This document shows, piece after piece, positions 25,416-30,677 of a DNA stretch of 30,677 nt. Source of the stretch: Acidobacteriota bacterium (GTDB lineage Bacteria; Acidobacteriota; Terriglobia; Bryobacterales; Bryobacteraceae). The notes under the pieces are model-generated. The model did no database searches. It had not been told where the DNA came from and saw only the letters and a program-made list of their open reading frames with translations. The stretch covers positions 1 through 30,677 of the forward strand of contig CANIFK010000001.1 of NCBI GenBank assembly GCA_947466555.1, in the 5' to 3' direction. Position 1 is the first letter of the stretch; each line of letters opens with the position of its first letter. The position numbers and the translations under genes were made by a program.

Positions 25416-28400
25416 ATGAAAACCGCGCGTCTCATCTGCTGGACTGGAGCCCTTGTTGTGGCACTTGCCTTCGCGCAAGAGAAACGCGAAGCCCCTGCTT
25501 TCCGGCGGGAGGCCTCCATTGGCCCTCGCCTGCGCGAGTTGGCCCGGCGGAGCAGTACGGTGCAGGTGATGATCGTGCTGACCGAGCAGCCGCACCGGGA
25601 GATCCTGGCTCGACACGGGCGTGCCGCCGAACTGGCCGAGGTGGAGCAACGCTACCGAACGCTGGCCGGACGAGCCGGGCGGGAATCGGCACTCCGGGCC
25701 GTCCGCGATGAATGGGATGCCCTGGAACTGGCGGTGCGGCGGTCGGCATTTGCGGAGATCGCGCCGGCGATTGGTCCCTCGCAAGACGCCGTTGAAGCGA
25801 TGTTGTTGCAATCCGGTTCGACGGTGCGCCGCCGCTACACCGCTGTGAACATGATCGCCGCCGAGGTGCCCACTGCGGCTCTTGACCGCATTGCGGCCAA
25901 CCCGTTCGTTGCTGAGATTTTTCCTCTGGAGCGGCACCTTCCGCAGTTGCAGTCGAGCGTGCCTTCCCTGGGCGCGGTGACTTTTTGGAACGCCGGTTTT
26001 ATGGGGGCGGGACAATCCGTCGCCGTTCTCGACACGGGCATTCGCCGGAACCACCCCGCCTTCGCCGGGGCGGCTATTGCAGATCATATTTTCTTGAGTG
26101 CGGGTGCAGGAGATCCGTGTTTTGGCGACGACCTAAACTCCCCGGACGATCAGAACGGTCACGGTTCGCACGTCGCCGGAATTGTGGCAAGCCGGGGCTC
26201 GTCCGAGTGTCCGAATTGCAAAGGTGTCGCGCGGGCGCTAGGTACCCTTTACAACGTGAAGATCGGCTACAGGAACACCAGTGGATCTGGCTGTCCCGGG
26301 GGCGCCGCGGCCAATGGCGGCGACGTCTACGATGCCATCGATTACCTGGCCCGAAACACTCCGGTGCGGATCTTCAATTACAGCTACGGTGCTCCGACGA
26401 CGACTGATGATTCTGGCAGCGTGCGCGTTCTTGATCAGTTGGCAGATATCTACAATCTTCTGCCCGTAGTTGCCGCAGGCAACGCTGGGCCCGGGGCGAC
26501 GACCGTCTCCGATCCAGCCATTGGGCGAAATGTGCTGGCGGTCGCCAACTGGTCTGGACGCGGGAGTATCTACAACTCCAGTTCTCGTGGTCCCACCGTT
26601 GGCGGGCGAAAGAAACCGGATATCGCCGCCCCCGGCACCGGCATTCTGTCGCTCGCTTTTGACTGGGATGCCACGGGCGCCAACGACTTTGTTTCCAAAA
26701 CGGGAACCAGTATGGCGACCCCGCACATCGCCGGCGCCGCGGCGCTATTGACAGAAGCCGGGGTGAATGACCCGCTGGCGATTCGCGCCGTTCTGCTCAA
26801 TACAACCGATGCTCCCGGCTGGGCCGCCGACAGCGGTTGGGGGTACGCCAACCTGGACAAGGCCCGTAACGCGCTGTTTTTCCGGACGGGCAGTTTGACG
26901 GCACGTCCTTCGCCCGGTTCGTTTCAGCTCTATCGCGTGCTTGCCGGCGCCTCCCTGCGCGCCACTGCTACCTGGAATCGTCACATCGTCAACGGTTCCA
27001 CCTCGGTCTTTCACGATTTGGATCTGATCTCTTACGACACGGCGACCAACCTGGAATTGGCCCTCGATGGCTCCGCCGACGAAAACGTGGAACAGATCTA
27101 CCAAACCGGCGCCGGTGACTACGTGGTCAAGTTGCGCCTGTTCAACACCACGCTCGGCGGTGGATTGCTTAACGAAAAATTCGCAATTGCATTCTCGGAG
27201 TCGAATGTGAACGCCGCCACCGGGCCGCGCCTGGGATTGACATGCGCGTCTGTCGGGACGCCGGTCGTGACGGCGGGGTTTGCCTACCAATGCACAGTGG
27301 TGAATACCGGGGATCTCGCTGCCTTCGCCGTGACTGGTTCCGTGACGCTGCCGGCCGGCTTTGCGGGATCGACTGTCCTGAATTTTGGAACTGTTCCGGC
27401 CGGTGCCAGCCGTGTGATTTCGCTGGGGTTGACGGCCCCGCCGGGCGCGGGCGGCTTCTCCATTAGCGGCAGCGTCCAGAGCATTTCCTTCGGAGAAACA
27501 TTTACAGCTACCGGTGCGTTTCCCCAGACGGTGAATCCGCCGGCTCCCGGAGTTGTCGCTGCCCCCTCGCCCGCCAACGCCGCCACCGGTGTTTCCGTTG
27601 CAACAGCCCTCTCCTGGACCACGGCGGCAAATGCTACATCCTACGATGTCTATTTCGGTACCGTCGCGCCGCCGCCGTTCGCCGGTAACACCACGGCCAC
27701 AACATTCAATCCAGGCGCGCTGGCGGGAGAAACCACTTACTACTGGCGGGTCGAATCGCGAAACGTTACGGGTACGTTCTCTTCCCAAACCTGGAGTTTT
27801 ACTTCTCAAATCGTTCTGAATGCGCCGTCCAATCCGTCGCCGTCCAACGGTGCCGGCAATGTCGTGGTGGCCCCCTCCATAACGTGGTCCGCCAGCGGGA
27901 CCGGGGTCAATTACGACGTCTACTTCGGCACGGCGTCTCCCCCGCCGCTAGTGGCCACAGTTACAGCGCTAACTTACTCGCCTGGGATCATCGCGGCTGG
28001 CAAAACGTATAACTGGGCTGTGGTCGCAAAGAAGGGAAACGTCGCCATCTCCTCTCCTCAATGGTCTTTCAATACGCTCCCCCGTGCCCTCGGCGTGAAT
28101 CCCCCGTCGTTCGTTTCCACGTCCCCAGCGGCCCCGATCGGTTCGCCCCAGCTTTTGAATTTCACAACCCGCGATGTCGACGGATTTGATGACATCAATC
28201 GGGTGTACTTCCTTGTGAATGACGCGCCGTCCGTGACGGGAGCCATTTGCTACGGCTACTACGACCGCGCCGGCAACGGCATCTATCTATACAACGATGC
28301 TCTCACCACGGCGCAGGGCCCCTTGACACCCGGCGCCGCCGGCATCCTCCAGAACGGACAATGCCTGGTCGATGGCACCGCATCGGCGCTCGTCTCTGCC

Positions 28401-30350
28401 TCTGGCACCGACGTAGCCGTTCGTCTCAGCGTTAGCCTGAAGGGTGCCTTCGCCGGCGCCGCCCGCAAGATCTACGCGTCCGTGTCCGACAACGAAGGAA
28501 ATACCACCGGTTGGATACAAACGGGCACCTGGTCAAGTACAAATCTGAATAGAGCTCCGTCGGTCGTATCCCCGACTCCCGGGACCCCCGTTGGTTCGCC
28601 GCAGACATTCACGATGGTGGCCCGGGACCCCGACGGCTTCGATAACATCAGCCGCATATATTTTCTTGTGAACCCAGACACGTCGATCCCGCAGAGTACC
28701 TGCCACGGTTACTACGACCGCGCGTCAAACTCTTTCTTCCTCTACAGCGACGGTCTCACCGCACTCACCGGGCCGATTGTCGGTGCTGTCGCCGGCACGC
28801 TGCAAAACAGCCAGTGCGCAATCGATGGCAGCGCGTCCGGCTTCCTCTCCGGCTCCGGCACGGACTTAACTATTCGCATGACGATGAGCCTCAAGGGCGT
28901 CTTCGCCGGCTCCGCCCAAAAGCTCAACTACTGGGTTGTAGACTACGACGGCAACGGCACCGGCTGGGTGCAGGCGGCAACCTGGGGTACCCCGAATCTC
29001 AATCGCGCGCCGGTACTTCTCGGTGCCTCGCCCATTGCCGTTACCGCACCGCAACAAACACTTACCTTTAATGTGCGTGACGCCGATGGCGTCGGCAATT
29101 TGAACCGGACTTACTTTCTCATACAAACCTCCACGGCCATCACAACAAATACCTGCCACGGCTTCTATGACCGCACTCTGAATGGTATTTATCTTTATAA
29201 CGACGCTCTGAATATCCTCCAAGGCCCACTTACTCCCGGCGGCGCCGGAGCACTCCAGAACACCCAGTGCGCCGTAAACGGTGCTGGTTCTTCGTGGAGC
29301 GTCGTTTCCCCCACCGATGCCAATCTTTCGCTCAACATGAGTCTATTGGGCTCGTATGCAAGCCCCGTGCCGAAGATCTACGTTTGGGCGACCGACGCGG
29401 AATCGAATGGTACTGGTTGGATCCAAACCGGCGCCTGGGCGCCGAATACGGCGTCGCTCGCTCCCACGGTCGCCTCCGGTACGCCCGCGGCCCCGGTTGG
29501 TTCCCCGCAAGTCTTTTCGGTCGTCGCAAGGTCGGTCGCCGGTGCAACCAACATCAGCCGGATTTACTTCCTCGTCAACAGCACCGCCACCGTCCAAGCC
29601 GGCACATGCCACGGCTTTTATGACCGCCCAGGTAACTATTTTGTGCTCTACAACGACGCCCTCACCGCCGCGCTCGGGCCGATGTCCCCCGGCGGCGCGT
29701 CGCTTCAAAATGGCCAGTGTACGCTCGACGGCGCCACCTCCGGTCCCGCCTCCGCCTCGGGCACGGATCTCACCGTCCGCTTCGGCCTAAGTGTCCAGGG
29801 CGCGCTCGGCGCCACACCACAAAACGTCTATTTCTGGGTTCAGGACGCGCTCAACAACGGCACCGGCTGGGTGAAGACCAGCACCTGGACCCCGCTCGCC
29901 GGCAGCCCGCAAGCGCCCACGCTCGCCGCCGCCACGCCGGCCACCACCACCGGCGCCACTCGAACATTTACGGTCACCGCCCGTGACGCCAACGGCTACG
30001 CCGACCTCAACCGCATCTACTTCGTCGTTAACACCAGTGCCTCCGTTCCGGTCAACACCTGCCACGGTTTCTACGATCGCCCCACGAACGCGATTTATCT
30101 CTACAACGACGCGCTCAACGCGCTTAGCGCGCCGTTGACGCCAGGCGCCTCCGGCACCATCCAGAACTCCCAATGCGTCATCGACGGCCCCGGTTCGACC
30201 GTCGTCCTCTCCGGCCTCGACGCTGTTCTCAACCTCGCCATCACCCGCAAAGGAACACTCGCCACCACCGCCCAAAAGCTCTTCGTTTGGATCACCGACG
30301 CCTCCGCCCTCGGCACCGGCTGGGTCCAGGCCAGCCAGTGGAATCCGTAA
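25416..30350 (+). CDS. Large secreted S8 (subtilisin-like) serine peptidase with FN3-like and five tandem 151-aa C-terminal repeats
   Basis: Signal peptide and prodomain, then catalytic VAVLDTG (Asp), NGHGSHVAGI (His), VAAGN (oxyanion) and GTSMATPH (Ser). 1644 aa. Confidence 0.92.
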   Translation: MKTARLICWTGALVVALAFAQEKREAPAFRREASIGPRLRELARRSSTVQVMIVLTEQPHREILARHGRAAELAEVEQRYRTLAGRAGRESALRAVRDEWDALELAVRRSAFAEIAPAIGPSQDAVEAMLLQSGSTVRRRYTAVNMIAAEVPTAALDRIAANPFVAEIFPLERHLPQLQSSVPSLGAVTFWNAGFMGAGQSVAVLDTGIRRNHPAFAGAAIADHIFLSAGAGDPCFGDDLNSPDDQNGHGSHVAGIVASRGSSECPNCKGVARALGTLYNVKIGYRNTSGSGCPGGAAANGGDVYDAIDYLARNTPVRIFNYSYGAPTTTDDSGSVRVLDQLADIYNLLPVVAAGNAGPGATTVSDPAIGRNVLAVANWSGRGSIYNSSSRGPTVGGRKKPDIAAPGTGILSLAFDWDATGANDFVSKTGTSMATPHIAGAAALLTEAGVNDPLAIRAVLLNTTDAPGWAADSGWGYANLDKARNALFFRTGSLTARPSPGSFQLYRVLAGASLRATATWNRHIVNGSTSVFHDLDLISYDTATNLELALDGSADENVEQIYQTGAGDYVVKLRLFNTTLGGGLLNEKFAIAFSESNVNAATGPRLGLTCASVGTPVVTAGFAYQCTVVNTGDLAAFAVTGSVTLPAGFAGSTVLNFGTVPAGASRVISLGLTAPPGAGGFSISGSVQSISFGETFTATGAFPQTVNPPAPGVVAAPSPANAATGVSVATALSWTTAANATSYDVYFGTVAPPPFAGNTTATTFNPGALAGETTYYWRVESRNVTGTFSSQTWSFTSQIVLNAPSNPSPSNGAGNVVVAPSITWSASGTGVNYDVYFGTASPPPLVATVTALTYSPGIIAAGKTYNWAVVAKKGNVAISSPQWSFNTLPRALGVNPPSFVSTSPAAPIGSPQLLNFTTRDVDGFDDINRVYFLVNDAPSVTGAICYGYYDRAGNGIYLYNDALTTAQGPLTPGAAGILQNGQCLVDGTASALVSASGTDVAVRLSVSLKGAFAGAARKIYASVSDNEGNTTGWIQTGTWSSTNLNRAPSVVSPTPGTPVGSPQTFTMVARDPDGFDNISRIYFLVNPDTSIPQSTCHGYYDRASNSFFLYSDGLTALTGPIVGAVAGTLQNSQCAIDGSASGFLSGSGTDLTIRMTMSLKGVFAGSAQKLNYWVVDYDGNGTGWVQAATWGTPNLNRAPVLLGASPIAVTAPQQTLTFNVRDADGVGNLNRTYFLIQTSTAITTNTCHGFYDRTLNGIYLYNDALNILQGPLTPGGAGALQNTQCAVNGAGSSWSVVSPTDANLSLNMSLLGSYASPVPKIYVWATDAESNGTGWIQTGAWAPNTASLAPTVASGTPAAPVGSPQVFSVVARSVAGATNISRIYFLVNSTATVQAGTCHGFYDRPGNYFVLYNDALTAALGPMSPGGASLQNGQCTLDGATSGPASASGTDLTVRFGLSVQGALGATPQNVYFWVQDALNNGTGWVKTSTWTPLAGSPQAPTLAAATPATTTGATRTFTVTARDANGYADLNRIYFVVNTSASVPVNTCHGFYDRPTNAIYLYNDALNALSAPLTPGASGTIQNSQCVIDGPGSTVVLSGLDAVLNLAITRKGTLATTAQKLFVWITDASALGTGWVQASQWNP
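27537..28082 (+). repeat. Two FN3/Ig-like repeats within the S8 peptidase
   Basis: PSPANAATGV...LSW...SYDVYFGTVAPPP...YYWRV...WSF and PSPSNGAGNV...ITW...NYDVYFGTASPPP...YNWAV...WSF. Confidence 0.8.
28092..30347 (+). repeat. Five tandem 453-nt / 151-aa coding repeats
   Basis: The equivalent Pro codons fall at 28104, 28557, 29010, 29463 and 29916, an exact 453-nt period. Conserved motifs R.YF, C(H/Y)G(F/Y)YDR..N...LY.D.L, QN.QC..(D/N)G and TGW.....W. Confidence 0.95.
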
Positions 30351-30371
30351 CGATACAGTAGTAGGAACGCC

Positions 30372-30677
30372 ATGCGCCCATCGTTGCTGTTCCTCGTTCC
30401 CACACTCCTCTCCGCCCAGACCTATTTCCCTCCGCCAGACACCGCCGGCGGCTGGCGGACACCCAACGGCGCCGCCGCCATTCGCAAGACGGCGGGCATG
30501 GATCTGAACCGTCTCGACGGCGCGTTCACCTACGCCACCCGCACCAGCGCCCACGGCGGCTTGCTCGTCGCGCGTCACGGATATCTGGTCTACGAAAAGT
30601 ACTTCGGCCAGGGCCACCGCGACGCCCATCCCGACATGGCCTCCATCGGTAAAGCCTATGCCAGCATCGCCGCCGGC
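30372..30677 (+). CDS. Serine hydrolase, beta-lactamase class C/PBP-like (3'-truncated by window edge)
   Basis: MRPSLLFLVPTLLSAQTYFPPPDTAGGWR...GGLLVARHGYLVYEKYFG...DMASIGKAY has a signal peptide and the SxxK motif SIGK. SD AGGA. Absent from the supplied ORF track because it has no stop in the window. Confidence 0.85.
   Translation, partial: MRPSLLFLVPTLLSAQTYFPPPDTAGGWRTPNGAAAIRKTAGMDLNRLDGAFTYATRTSAHGGLLVARHGYLVYEKYFGQGHRDAHPDMASIGKAYASIAAG

Noticed and set aside
25338-26087. 250-codon N-terminal extension of the YghX-like ORF (546 aa call)
   Set aside because: It overlaps the S8 gene in antisense. Family similarity and an AGGAG SD begin at 25337.
28092-30347. 453-nt periodicity as a CRISPR array, DGR template or mobile repeat
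   Set aside because: The repeats are in-frame, diverged at synonymous positions and without spacers, and there is no cas or reverse transcriptase gene. They are protein domain repeats.

Overview
GC-rich bacterial DNA that looks like Acidobacteriota, probably Bryobacteraceae/Solibacter-like. This is inferred from a Solibacter-type C-terminal domain, two Oar-like TonB-dependent receptors and PSD1/DUF1501 genes. About 17 tightly packed CDSs were found, and no rRNA, tRNA, CRISPR array or transposase was recognised. From left to right: (1) the 3' end of a secreted protein coupled to an HlyD/ABC/ABC-2 exporter; (2) a 13.7-kb envelope locus in which a minus-strand TonB-dependent receptor -> PSCyt/PSD1 di-heme protein -> DUF1501 series is interrupted by a regulator / TonB-dependent receptor / sulfatase cassette carrying a clear pair of 17-bp operators; (3) an unannotated PEP-CTERM-like micro-ORF; (4) asparaginase divergent from a phosphoketolase/P-type ATPase pair; (5) a Tat oxidoreductase and a YghX-like hydrolase; (6) a 1644-aa subtilase ending in five 151-aa Cys-paired repeats of unrecognised family; (7) the start of an SxxK serine hydrolase. 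Plus-strand G/C skew changes from G-rich to C-rich at about 23-27 kb. Family calls come from motif recognition only; no searches were run.
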